Notes under the pieces: generated by a model
What the model was told of the DNA's origin: nothing
Seen by the model: the letters and a program-made list of their open reading frames with translations, nothing else
The model's database searches: none
Assembly: GCF_006345805.1 (NCBI RefSeq)
Contig: NC_042999.1
Location: forward strand, 98,518,001-98,582,000
Reading direction: 5' to 3'
Origin: Octopus sinensis
Lineage: Eukaryota
DNA length: 64,000 nt
Translations under genes and position numbers: made by a program
Shown: piece after piece, positions 1 through 14,645 of the stretch
Position numbering within the stretch: position 1 is the first letter of the stretch
Layout: each line of letters starts with the position of its first letter

Positions 1-408
1 TCTGAGTCTCTCTCTCGGTCTCTCTCTCTCTCTCTCTTGGTCTCTCTCTCTCTCTTAGTCTCTCTCTCTTAGTCTCTCTCTCGGTCTCTCTCTCTCTCTC
101 TTGATCTTTCTCTCTCCCATCCGAAAAACACACCCTTTTCTCTCTCTCCCTCGGTCTTTTCTCTTTCTCTCTCTCGGTCTTTCTCTCTCTTTCTTTCACG
201 GTCTTTTATCTCTCTCTCGGTCTTTCTCTCTCTTTCTCTCGCGGTCTTTCTCTTTCTCTCGCGGACTTTCTCTTTCTCTCGCAGTCTTTCTCTATCTCTT
301 TCGGTCTTTTCTCTTTCTCTTTGCCTGTCTCTCTCTCGGTCTTTCACTCTCTCTCTCTCTTGGCCTTTCTCTCTCCCATCCAAAAACACACTAATTTCTC
401 TCTCTCTT

Positions 409-455
<47 letters not shown>

Positions 456-469
456 GTTTTTCTTTCTAG
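1..469. repeat. Degenerate (CT)n homopyrimidine tract with repeated sub-motifs
   Basis: Mostly C/T. The sub-motif tctctctcggtc recurs, and ctctcccatccRaaaaacacac occurs near 113 and 371. Confidence 0.95.
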
Positions 470-873
470 AACAAGTGCACACACACACGCACACCCACCC
501 TCACCCAACCTCTCTCTCTCTCTCCCTCTCACACACACACTCACAAACGCAGGCACATCTATACAAGATGCTCGAAGACTCACACATATCCCACACAAAG
601 CATTTTCCCCTTTTCACTTCTCAACATCATCTTTTGAGATTCTTGAGCCTCCTAGTAAAAAATACGTTGTTAATCCTCTTCAAAGGACGGGTAAGAGAAA
701 CAGGTAAAAGGAGGAAGAGGAGGAGAAAGAGAAATAAAAGGAAGCAATAAAACAAAAAGAAAAGCAAACAAATAAAAGAAAAAGACACGAAGAAAGTTAA
801 GAGAACGTAAACTCAAATACTAGCATTCTCTTCAGTGGTAATCTTCATATGCAATCTCCCTTTCTATTTCCAA

Positions 874-918
<45 letters not shown>

Positions 919-1351
919 TGCATGCGTGTGTGTGTGTGTATTGTCTATTTTTTTTTCTTTTAATATATGTATTTTCTTAGCTCGTTACTTGTTCGCTACT
1001 TCTCGCTCGAGGAGAATGGCTGATGAAGGAATCATCTTTTGTGAAATGAATAGGAACGTTAAAAGCAAATGTTTCCGGTTTATTTTTATTGACAAATTCT
1101 CTTTTGTTCATAAAATGAAAAAAAAAAAAACCCCAAAAATACGAGGAAAAAAAAATCAAAAACAAGCAAACAATAAATTCTGTTTCTCTAAAGCATGATG
1201 ATGACGACCATGATGATGATGATGATAAACCAGCATCTTCAGCGTCATCATTATATCATCCCTTGCAAATTCATCGCTGAAACTCAAGTTATAATACAGG
1301 AAACAAAATTCAAGGTTTCCATGTTAAGTGATATCTTTTTTTTTTTGCATT

Positions 1352-1386
<35 letters not shown>

Positions 1387-1491
1387 ATATTCTCTGTAAA
1401 ATGGTGTAATTAAACACGTATTTATTGGTATTATTCAGGTATTCATGCAGACACTTGTTCCCCTTTTTTTTAATGCAGCACATTTTAGTCT

Positions 1492-1543
1492 ACTGTACCT
1501 CAAAACATGTTCTACGGACCTGGATGAGAGGCTGATATATATA

Positions 1544-1590
<47 letters not shown>

Positions 1591-1735
1591 TCGAAGTGCA
1601 CAGTATTATATATCCATTACATCCGATCTTACCAATCGGTTTCGTGCTAGGGGTTCAACGGAATTTTAGGTAATAGTCTGATTATGTAACCCTATGTTCT
1701 CATCTAGGTCCGTAGAACATGTTTTGAGGTACAGT
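1492..1735. mobile_element. MITE with 37-bp terminal inverted repeats around an internal (TA)n
   Basis: actgtacctcaaaacatgttctacggacctggatgag (1492-1528) is the reverse complement of 1699-1735 with one mismatch. Confidence 0.8.
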
Positions 1736-2241
1736 TATGGAATTAAATATGATGACTGTTCTCTATTTTTGGAAGTGAACTGACACATTCGGTTTGTGGT
1801 TATTGTGACAAAAACGATGAAACGAACTGAGCAGGGTTTAACTTTAGGGTTATGTTCCTTGTTACCAAAAACATCATCTCTGGGGGTGTTGCAAGTCAGA
1901 GAGGGTTTTCTGGAAAAGAGCTTACGAGAAATGTTGTGTATGTCTATGTGTATATACACACACGTGTATATACTTATTGATCAAGACAGTTTGATTCAAA
2001 TTCGCTGGTTCTCTTGAGTATCAAGCGTGATGCTAGTCGTCAGCCATTTTGAATTTGAATGAGAAAAGTTGATTGTTATTACCATGAGGTGGGCGGCTAT
2101 TGGTCGAGGAATGTCCCGCGGTATCGTGGTTTGATGTTGGTATATGGGTAACAGAGTACCAACGAATTTGAATCAAACTGTTTTGATCCATACATGTAAC
2201 TCACAACAAATTCTTTCGTTTTTCACACGCTCATATATATA

Positions 2242-2294
<53 letters not shown>

Positions 2295-2329
2295 ATATAT
2301 TGTATAAGTATATTCATATACATACATAC

Positions 2330-2880
2330 ATCTGGTGGCTGCCCCCTCGTTATCGAGTATGGCCATTGCACGAAGCTTAATGTTGTTATCGTGCAATGCC
2401 TGTGCAAGAAGATTATTTTTAAAGTGAGGAAAGGCTGTGCACTGAATCAATCCCACTCATTAAGCAACAGCAGCCATAATCCGAAAAGAAGAACAAGTCA
2501 ACATCATCGGTAACCACTGAGCCGCAGGTTTTATATCGGAGTTATATCAGTTTCCTGAGTTACCTTCTCCTAGAAGGATGCCTTGACAAAGGCTAGGAGT
2601 CCTTCACCCACAATGGTTTAACTGCACGATTGGGTATTCAGTCCGATTATTTCTATGTCCCCGCGCATGATACAGCCTTAAGACATTTATTGGATGGCCG
2701 TTGACTTTCAAGAGTTCCTCCGCCCTTTGACGGGTTTTGTTTTTCATCCCACAGGGTGTCCAATAAACACTCTCCGCACCAAGCAAGCTTGGTGGGTTAC
2801 CGATCTAGTCGCCAATGACCCGACCATGCAACAGGTTGTATTGGGTTACATGTTACCAGTAGCACTCGAAAGTGACCTGA
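2330..2880. mobile_element. Interspersed repeat, possibly a retroposon (RTE-like) untranslated region, bounded by microsatellites
   Basis: GC-richer island between (TA)n and (CATA)n. The motif gagttaccttctcctagaaggatgccttg resembles RTE-associated UTR sequence, from recall only. Confidence 0.35.
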
Positions 2881-2942
2881 CATACATACATACATACATA
2901 CATACATACATACATACATACATACATACATACATACATACA

Positions 2943-2974
<32 letters not shown>

Positions 2975-3214
2975 CATAAGTATGTATGTATGTATGTATA
3001 TTTGTATGTGTGCACGTAAGGCTGTGAGAAGCCTGTCTGAAGAATATTTAAAATATAATAAGCATAAGAACAATACCAGTATTAGTTGGCCTCTTTTAGA
3101 AGTATGAAGGATTAATGGTACGAAGTTAATTACTAAGACCATGAAAGCCATGCAAAGGTTTTCGAGTCTAAATCTTCAGTGATTCAGCTGTGCGAATTGA
3201 GAGACAATTATCTA

Positions 3215-4070
3215 CTATTGCTTGCCAATGTTCACATCGGCTGTGATTCCAGTATCATCTCTTCACAATTCTAACATGTCATGGCACAAGATTGATCAAG
3301 GAAAATGTTAAGTTTTAACAAATTGTCCGGTTTTGAAATGAAAATGAAACCAAATAACTAGATAAGAAAATATCTTTACATAGTACCTCTAGATATTCGT
3401 TTCTGATTATAATTTTGAATATTATCACTACTGTTGGTATTGTTACCATGGATATTTTTGATTATGACTTTAGGCATTTGAGTATGTCTCAACTATATTA
3501 GCTTATTGTTCTCTCTTTCTCAAGAAATACTGTGCTGTCTGGCAGTATTTAATGGCAGTATAGAATTGCAGCAACCAAAGTGATTGAAACACATTCAAAG
3601 AATAAAGGATTGTTGAAGAACATATTTGATATTTCTGAGGTCCTTCATTCTTCTATAGCGACACTGCATATATTCCTGTGTAGGCTTTGGCTATTACAAG
3701 CACTCAAAAGAAGCCTCTATTAATTATGTACTGTATCTACCGTTTACAACAATAGCACACCAGTCTCCCCATGATAGAAGCATTAGCCTTAAAGGAAGAC
3801 TGTGCTGTTACAGCTTTCGTTTTCTTTATGCTATGCATGGATAACATACACCTCGACGAGGAAGCATGATCAAGTATTTGATCCCACTGATGTTGATGCA
3901 GTTGTCTATTTTTACCGTTTAGTCAGGCAGGGAAGTCCAGTACCTATGAAGAAAAGTTCCTTCCTACCCTGCTGGAAATAAGTTATTTTCAAACCGAAGG
4001 TCTGGTGCGAATGCTTGCAACATAGTTAACTCTGTTAAAGATACCCAAAGCTGTAAGGCTGCTATTCTGA
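3215..4070 (+). pseudogene. Highly decayed Academ-like (XPG/H3TH-domain) DNA transposase relic
   Basis: Frameshifted motifs occur in the expected order: LPMF..GCD.VSSL (~3222-3270), DPTDVDAVVYFYRLVRQG (~3880; cf. PPT.DAL..H..RA.YQAG) and GLV....LTL..IPKAVRLL (~4000-4065). Confidence 0.4.
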
Positions 4071-6186
4071 GCTACAGGTTAGGTCAAGCATCAAAGAACT
4101 CAGACCGTAAAAAGACATAAACAAAAGCAAAAAAACAGAACAGATAGCGCAAGATGTTTTAGCATATTAGTCAGCCACGCCTGATATTTTAACATTTTCG
4201 TTGATCCACCAACCTGGATTGATTTTATGGATCCCAGAAGAATGACTTTTGCGCGATTTGAACTCAGATCATAGGAATCCGGAATAGATAGTGCGAGGCA
4301 CTTTATCCTACGTTTTAACAACTCCGTCAATTCGCTGCTTATGTTTCTGTTAGTGCAGCTTTTAAGCGGCCATTGAAACTAGTACTGTGTCCATTGCAGT
4401 TGTTAGGGCAGCCATTAAACTGATCTTGCTTTAAACATCTCCAATAACGGATTATGGTACATGCAGCATCTGTCTCTCTTTGGCTAGAGGCACTTATAAT
4501 TCCGACTTTAACAGTTGATTTCTTTTCTCCATACATACACACCCCAAGAAATCTACATTCTAAAAATGGAAAAGTGGTAAGTTATGGCCGTCATATCCTT
4601 CCATAGTGTAATACCAGTGCAAGTGAATTTTATTGGCTCCACCTAGAAATCGAATATGGCATTCCTTCTGGACGCAACCAAATTGTAGAGTACTTCTAGC
4701 ACTACATCACTCGCAACAACTTATAGCTTCAATTACTGGTTTCTAATTACCACACCAGGCCGCAAATTTACAAAGGAATGGTTAAATTGATCGAATCGAT
4801 AGTCCGTTATTTCATTGATCCACAGACAAACAAAATTCAAATTCGATTAGATTCCAGCAGATTTTGAACTTAGATTCGCAAGGGGATGTAGTTAAATACT
4901 GCCGGTAATTTAGTTCGCCATTTTTGTCTATTCCTGCCAACCTCTTTCCCGTCTAGCTTCAGCAAAGGGCTCTATCTGAGAAGAAGCAGTACGAATAACA
5001 GTGTGCTCAAAACAGTGAACCGCAATAAGTTTCTTGAGATGCTGTGGAAACTTTTAAAAATTCATGTCTGGAAAAATGTGTTATTCATTATTTGTTACAT
5101 ACATTATCATGATTTTATGATTAATAAAGCAAGTTGAATAAGGGTTTTCTATGTATATATCTATTTTTTATTTTTAACTTTAAATTTATTTAACTTTTCA
5201 TAGAAAGTGCCCTAGCATTTTTTTCATTAATTTCCATTGCACCGTTAATTCTTTACTTAATCCCCACTCTGCCACGACATCAAATAGACATGGAACCAGT
5301 GCCTTGTACAATCTAGTTTCTTTTCTTTTCTTAATTGAAATACCACATTTCTCAATTTCAGTTTCTAAATCAAAGACGGAGAATTTTTTAGTTCCAACGA
5401 TGAACAACATGTACATATCATATTCGGGTGCTTAAGCACAGAGAAAAACAAATTTTTAGATTCATAAACAAATTTTTAGATTCATATACATGTTGCTTAA
5501 AATAGCGTTATGATTTTCGAGCTTAAACTGTTTTAATCATATGATGTTTTATAGTCTTCGATAATATGGTTTCAAGCTTCAATATACCTGCAGGTATCCT
5601 TACGATTGCTCTGAGCAGTTGCTCGATTTCCTAGCCGCAGCACCTAAAATCTAACCTCAAATTACACCACCCTGACTTTAAAAGGAGGAGCGCAAAATGT
5701 ATCACATAAAATCTAAGTAACAACCATCTGATTTAATAATTGCAAATATCTAATGTTCATAAAATTTTTTTCTTTGTTTTTTGTTTTTTGTTCTTTGTTT
5801 TGCATTTGCTTATGTATTCGCACGAGCATGTGTACATACACACGTGTATATGTATACAAACGGAAACAAAGCGCATCCAGTAGTTTATGTTGAGATATGT
5901 TAATAAGTAATCCTAACGATAATTTGGGGGAAATCTGTCCGCCAGTAGCATAACTTCCGGGCTAGTGTTCAACTTTCCCCGTCTCTTTCTCCCTCTGTAT
6001 GCATGTATATATGCAGGTATGTACACAGAAGACACACATATATTTCTCAACACTGTCGATAAAGACATTAGAATAAAAATATGAATCTCTATTCCGTCCA
6101 TGCCTCTCACTCTCTTCTTCTCACCCTCCCTCGGTCTTTCTCTGCATCTATAATGATGCGCATATACACGTACACAGAATTACATA

Positions 6187-6679
6187 TATACTAATACTAG
6201 CTATTTTGACCCGTTGCTTCGCTCGGGTTTTGGTGGTAGTGTTGTTTTGTGCGTGTTGTCTCCTTTTCCCTTTCTTCTTTTGTTCGTCTTCTTTGCCTGA
6301 TTCTTTTTATTGCCCTCTTTTTTACCCACCCCCTTTTCCAAAATCCCCCAAATTTTTACACCCACAATTAAAGATAACCGTCTCCAGCCCCTGCAGCAAC
6401 ACGAAAAGCCACCATTATTCAAACAGCGCAACCTGTCTATCCCATAAAATTCAGTTTTTCCCATATTTCTCACCATGGCAACCAAACGGTAGCCCCAAAC
6501 GACTTGCAATCCTCTTCACACCACTGTCCATTCCATTTTACCCCCCAGTGTAAATTTTGGCGCCAATCCGACCCCATCTACATAAAGGAAATAAATGAGT
6601 AGCATCAATGAATAAATGAAATAAATGAAGTTAGAAATTCATTTAAAATATATAACAAGATTTATCTATACTAATACTA
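6187..6679 (+). mobile_element. Helitron/HINE-like non-autonomous element candidate
   Basis: Begins actagctattttgacccgttgcttcgctcggg, with a subterminal cccg...cggg hairpin. The 13-mer tatactaatacta occurs at both 6187-6199 and 6667-6679. Confidence 0.35.
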
Positions 6680-6769
6680 ATGTACTTAACCGGTTTCACA
6701 TTTTTTTGATTTTAAAAGTGCGAGATGTGAGTGATGTGGAGGTGTCTCGCAAACTGTATCGTTTCTGAT

Positions 6770-8407
<1,638 letters not shown>

Positions 8408-8409
8408 TT

Positions 8410-8620
8410 TATTTTAAGCAACAGAAAATTCAACAAAATCTGTTACTCTGAGTTTCTCGTTGCCGTTCATCAGACAGTTTTTGCTAGAATGGAACATATA
8501 TATTAATTCAATCTATACTCTTACAAACGCTACACCTTTAAAAAGAAATGGACTTGTTTGATTGGCCCTTTAGAAAAAACGGTCAATCTTCGAGCGATAA
8601 ACAAAAAGGTCAAAAATATA
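8410..8620 (-). mobile_element. Penelope-like terminal fragment with a degenerate hammerhead-like motif
   Basis: The minus strand reads tgt-CTGATGA-acggcaacga-GAAA-ctcagagtaac. The stems are imperfect. Confidence 0.35.
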
Positions 8621-9099
8621 TGTATATATATATAAAAAAACTTATAAAAATTATAAAAATTATAAAATCCGAGGAAAAAACCGAGGAAAAAACCTATTGC
8701 CGTTAATGAAGACAGTACAAATTAATGCATAGAAATTAAACCTGTTATAAATACTGCAATACATATTTATATTAAATATATATATATATACGTATGTATG
8801 CATGTACATATGTATGCATTTATGAATCTACACGCGTACACACATATATGTATGTATGTATGTATCTTTTGTGTATAATGCTATTGTGTATTGTTTATTT
8901 ATGAAACAACTTCGACAACTGCAATACAGTAGCAGCTGCAACAACTGCATTTCGTCTGTAAGAGTAACCATATCAAATGCATATGGATATGTATTTATCA
9001 TTTTGCAAGTGCATTAACTGGTGTAGTTACACCACCATTACTTTATTACAGATATCCTTGCAGCTAAGAGTATTGCTATAGTCATCGTAATAATCATAA

Positions 9100-9383
9100 T
9101 ATTCTTCACCACCACCACCACCACCACCACCACCACTACCAACAACAACAACAACAACAATCACCACTACAACATCAACAACAGCAACATCAAAAACAAC
9201 AGCAGCAGCAGCATCAACCGAACTACCACCACCACCACCACCACTAACATCAACAACAGCAGCAAGAATCACACCACCACCACCACTATCACCAGCGCCA
9301 CCACTAAGACCTACAACCACACCACCACTGCTACCATCACCACCACCACCACCGCCACCACTAAGACCTACAACCACACCACC

Positions 9384-9428
<45 letters not shown>

Positions 9429-9617
9429 AACAACAACAACAATCACCACTACAACATCAACAACAGCAACATCAAAAACAACAGCAGCAGCAGCAACAAC
9501 CGCACTACCACCACCACCACCACCACCACTAACATCAACAACAGCAGCAAGAACCACACCACCACCACCACCACCACTATCACCACCGCCACCACTAAGA
9601 CCTACAACCACACCACC

Positions 9618-9649
<32 letters not shown>

Positions 9650-9681
9650 CAACAAGAGCAACAACAACAACACCGGCATGA
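9100..9681. repeat. Compound CAC/CAA/CAG trinucleotide repeat with a ~282-bp higher-order duplication
   Basis: aatcaccactacaacatcaacaacagcaacatcaaaaacaacagcagcagcagca occurs at ~9159 and ~9441. ccactaagacctacaaccacaccacc occurs three times. Confidence 0.9.
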
Positions 9682-10169
9682 CACTAACATAACCTACTAC
9701 GAATCAAGTCGTTCGGCTTGTTAGAAATAAATCTCAATCAAACGGTATCCAACCATGGACCCACCTTCTCCATTGAACTGACCAAATTTTCGAACCAAAC
9801 AAGGTGTCACTATGTAGTCGTTCAATGTGTTAGAAATAACAGCAAAATTTCACTCAAATCATACCCTACAAGTACCCTAAAATAATAAAAGTTAAATATG
9901 TTCTGAGTTCCCTGTGTACAGAATAAAATTGCGATGATCACGAATGGAATGTCTTTGATCATCGGTCTGACCTGGGACTACACGACTGACCCTCTGCCTT
10001 CCCTGTCTCTGTTATATGGAAGGGGAACTAATGTTACACGGACACAAAACACCACGACTATCTCCAAGACGACGACATCCGCCAACAACACCAACACCTA
10101 CTGCTGCTCTTACCATCACCACTACCACCACCACCACCACCACATACACGCTCTCACATACACACGCTC

Positions 10170-10538
<369 letters not shown>

Positions 10539-10539
10539 G

Positions 10540-10745
10540 GAGTCTTTGTGTTTGGTCCCTACTACCGCTCAAGAACCAGTGTTGGTTTGTTTACATTCTT
10601 GTAACCTGGTGATTAGCCAAAAGAGACCTGCAGAATAAATAACAAGTTTAATAAGTGCTGAGGTCAATTAGTTCGACTAAACATCCTTCCAGGAGATGTC
10701 TCAGCATGGCCGCTGTCCAGTGATGGACACAAGTAAAAAGATATA
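10540..10745 (+). mobile_element. SINE family D, decayed 3' half
   Basis: Similar to 48000-48190 (caaaagagacc..gaataa..cagcatggccgc..acaagtaaaa). Confidence 0.6.
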
Positions 10746-10997
10746 GATAAATCTTCCTAAATTACTCCCCATCAGGAACGAGACACTGGATAATGTAGTC
10801 CAAGATATTTTGGTTTTAAATTTTAGTACAAGGCCAGCAATTTCGCGGGAGAGTCCTAGTCGATTACATCGTTCGCAGCGATCAACTGGTACATATTTCA
10901 TGGCCACCTAAATGATAAAAAGAAAGGCCGACCTTGGTGGGAGCTGAATTCAGAACGTAATGACTCACGAATTGCCGCCAAACAGTGCTAACGATTC

Positions 10998-11393
10998 TTT
11001 TCTATTGTAGGCACAAGGCCTGACATTTTGAAGAGGTGGCTAGTCTATTACATCGATCCCAGTGTTTCACTGGTACTTAATTTGTTAACCTCGAAAGGAT
11101 GAACGGCAAAGTCGACGGTGGCGGAATTCGAACTCAGAACGTGGCGACAGATGAAATACCTATTTCTTTATTAAACACAAGGGGCTAAACATAGAGGGGA
11201 CAATTAAGGACAGACAAAGGTATTAAGTCGATTACATCGACCCTAGTGCGTAACTGGTACTTAATTTATCGACCCCGAAAGGATGAAGGACAAAGTCGAC
11301 CTCGGCGGATTTTGAACTCAGAACGTAACGGCAGACAAAATACCGCTAAGCATTTCGCCCGGCGTGCTAACGTTTCTGCCAGCTCGCCGTCTT
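10998..11393 (-). mobile_element. SINE family A dimer; another decayed copy lies at ~10835-10995
   Basis: Reverse complement of the head aagRcggcgagctggcagaaacgttagcacgccggg and of two copies of the core tttgcctttcatcctttcggggtcgataaa. Confidence 0.9.
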
Positions 11394-11832
11394 AATGTAA
11401 TTCGACGTATATTAATATCATGTTTCGATAGAAAATGAGATGTTCACAGGCTCAACTGATTTTGATCAATTAGTCTGCTGACAACAACAGCAAAACAACA
11501 CACCACCACTACCATCATCAATAATGTCACAGTGTTCCTCCTTTACCTGTCTGCTATGATTTTCATACATACGGCATAAGCAATGCCAAAGAAAGTTTCG
11601 GTTTTCAACAACACTTCACTGCTTGGTGTGTCGTTGTTGTTGTTATTGTTGATGCTGTTGTTGTTGCTGTTCTTGTTGATGCTGTTGTTGTCTTCGTCGT
11701 CGTCACCATCACCACCACCACTGTTACCGCTTCCCCACCATTATTATTACTATTATGACTGATGTTGTTTTTTTGGTTACAACTATTACTACTACTACTA
11801 CAAGTAGTAGTAGTAGTAGTAGTAGTAGTAAG

Positions 11833-12052
11833 GTTCTTTAGAGCATCGGAAAAATTGTCTTGTGGTATTACATTCGGTTCTTTACATTTTGAGTTCAATT
11901 CCCGCCGAGAACAATTTTGCATTTTTGCTTTCGGGGGATGGATTGGGATGGGGGCTGATAAAATGAAATACCAGTTATATGTTGAGGTCGGTGGTATTGA
12001 TATCGGTTACCTGCTCCCTTTCAAAATTGTTCACCTTGTACTTAAATCAGAA

Positions 12053-12055
<3 letters not shown>
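11833..12055 (+). mobile_element. Decayed SINE family A copy between (TAG)n and (CTA)n tracts
   Basis: The motifs tttacattttgagttcaattcccgccgag and gataaaatgaaataccag are recognisable. Confidence 0.55.
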
Positions 12056-12108
<53 letters not shown>

Positions 12109-12110
12109 CA

Positions 12111-12141
<31 letters not shown>

Positions 12142-12606
12142 CGCTGTTCCTTCTACAGGAGCTGCTACTGTTGATGCTGCTGTTGCTGCTACAGTATGAA
12201 TATGTGACCTTGTCCCTCAGTTAGAATTCGTTATTGGCGTTGCAGGTAGGAAATCATCTCGCAGTTTCACAGTTCCAAATCTATCTGGGTCAGCTTAGTA
12301 TTTCATCTTTATGTGATCGATAAAAATCAATAAAATCAACACCATAATCATCATGATACATAGAATTGGATATGGGTGGGGTATATGTCAGTTGTATATA
12401 TGCGCTGTGAGCGTTGCGTGCGTGCGTGCGTCTGCGTTCAGAAACGGAACAAGTAAAAGCGAGTAAAGAGAAATAGAAATGTGTAATAGGCAGCTGGAGG
12501 AGAGAGAAAATCATTGCTATAGATAAATAGATAAAGGTAGTTCATCTAGCTAGATGTATGCATATGTATGTGGGGTTCAGCAGAAATAAGCACCGTTATG
12601 AAGAAC

Positions 12607-12637
<31 letters not shown>

Positions 12638-14062
12638 AGAAGAAGAGAAAGAGCAGACGACATCCTGTAGCACCCTGGGAAGAACAGAAACAGACGACAT
12701 AACATCCTATTTTACCTGTTCTGTCTTACGTTATATAGGTGGAAGTTTAGCTTGATTTTGGTTATAATATTTCGAATTAATATATACATATTTTTAATTA
12801 ATATATACATGTATTTAATTAGAAGATATGTTAAGCTCGTGAAGGGATATTTGCATCCAAGGAAATACTGGTTCAGTACCTTGTATTTTTTGTGGAAAGA
12901 AATTTCCTTAAAGCAATAGGCATATATTAAGCATATAATTTTATCCATTTATAAGAAGAAAAGAAAATGAAGTAGAGGAAGTTCATAATTGTTTATTATT
13001 AACAAATTGGCCAGCTTCGCTTCTTACAGCCAAATAATAAACAATTATTAGTTTATTATCTGGCTGTCAGAAGTGAAGATGACCAATTTGTTTATAATAA
13101 TGAATTATTAACTTCCTTATCTCCATTTTCTTTTCTTCTTTTAATGTATAAACACACACACACATACATACATATATATGTACATACATATATATGCATA
13201 TATATATATATGCATACATATATATAGTCAAATATACATAGACATACATACACACATATAGGGAGAGAGACAGACAGACAGACATCCACATATTAAAAGG
13301 GACTGGCATAGTAGGGATATGAGTGTGTGTGAATATAGGTGGTATCCGTCACTCAGCTATAACGATTGTGTTTTACTATCAACTGAATTGCTTACTTCTG
13401 AAAAATGTGTAAGTAGCAGAGTATTCTGCAAAATATGTACTCTTGCACCGAATCAACGCGATCGACATTGTGCATGGGAAGATTGTAGTCTTTGAACTAC
13501 AGGCAAAATCCACCCGAGAGGCTTTTGCACAGTTTCCGGCTTTGCAATTTCACTACTAAGTTTGGGTCCATCCGAGGTAATAAAAAATTACTCTTGCCCA
13601 AGCTGCCACCTTCTGGGATCAAAACCAGGACCTCCTTGCTGCAAAGAGAACTTCTTAACCATGCGACCATATTGCACTTACAGGCAGACAGACAGACACA
13701 CACACACACACTGACACACACACTGACACACACACACATACATATACAAAGAGAGTGAGGGAGAGTAGGAGGGACAGAGGGAGAGAGTGACTGAGACCGT
13801 TCGCTAGATAGACGTAAGTATAGGAATAAACATGTTGCAATACGTATATTAGGTTTGGACTGATGAAGATGGGTTTAAACTAGGATATCAGGCCAGATGT
13901 AGACCTTAATTCAGGCAAGGGAAGAATCACTGTAAACATTAATTATGAAAAGATCAGTTCTATGTACACATTCAATGGCTATATATTTCATCATTTTAAA
14001 TTTGCTTTTCAAGAATTATTTTCATCTGAAGCCGTGTGCTGAAACCAATATTATTATATTTC

Positions 14063-14645
14063 AAGGCGGCGAGCTGGCAGAATCGTTAGCACGCCGGGCG
14101 AAATGTGTAGCCGTATTTCATCTGCCGCTACGTTCTGAGTTCAAATTCCGCCGAGGTCAACTTTGCCTTTCATCCTTTCGGGGTCGATAAAAATAAGTAC
14201 CAGTTACGCACTGGGGTCGATATAATCGACTCATTCCATTTGTCTGTCCTTGTTTGTCCTCTCTGTGTGTAGCCCCTTGTGGGTTGTAAAGAAATAGGTA
14301 TTTCGTCTGCGGTTACGTTCTGAGTTCAAATTCCGCCGAGGTCGACTTTGCCTTTCATCCTTTCGGGGTCGATAAATTAAGTACCAGTTACGCACTGGGG
14401 TCGATGTAATCGACTTAATCCGTTTGTCTGTCCTTGTTTGTCCTCTCTGTGTGTAGCCCCTTGTGGGTAGTAAAGAAATAGGTATTTCGTCTGTCTTTGT
14501 GTTCTGATTTCAAGTTCTACCGAGGTTGACTTTGCCTTTTATCCTTTCCGGGTTAATAAGTTAAGTATCACTTGCGTACTGGGGTCGATCTAATCGACTG
14601 GTTCCCTCCCCGGAAATTTCGGGCCTTGTGCTTAGAGTAGAAAAG
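14063..14645 (+). mobile_element. SINE family A trimer (one headed unit plus two headless units) with a 16-bp TSD
   Basis: aatattattatatttc occurs at 14047-14062 and 14646-14661. There are three core copies, with junctions gaaatag|gtatttcgtc at 14297 and 14481. Confidence 0.95.

Noticed and set aside
69-750. ORFs rich in RE/SL and an apparent exon 470-690 (tttctag|...cgg|gtaaga)
   Set aside because: These are translations of (CT)n/(CA)n. The polypyrimidine tract is simply the microsatellite.
1015-1050. CTGATGA at 1020 (also at 13860 and 63733, and CTGAAGA on minus at ~3173-3179) as hammerheads
   Set aside because: No properly spaced GAAA with a closing stem II, or no stems I and III.
9027-9611. 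194-aa Gly/Val ORF as a gene
   Set aside because: It is the antisense reading of a trinucleotide mosaic, with a GTG start and no domain.
14063-14645. Repeated SINE cores as a CRISPR-like array
   Set aside because: The units are ~180-230 bp homologous SINE bodies with a TSD. There are no short repeats with unique spacers and no cas genes.
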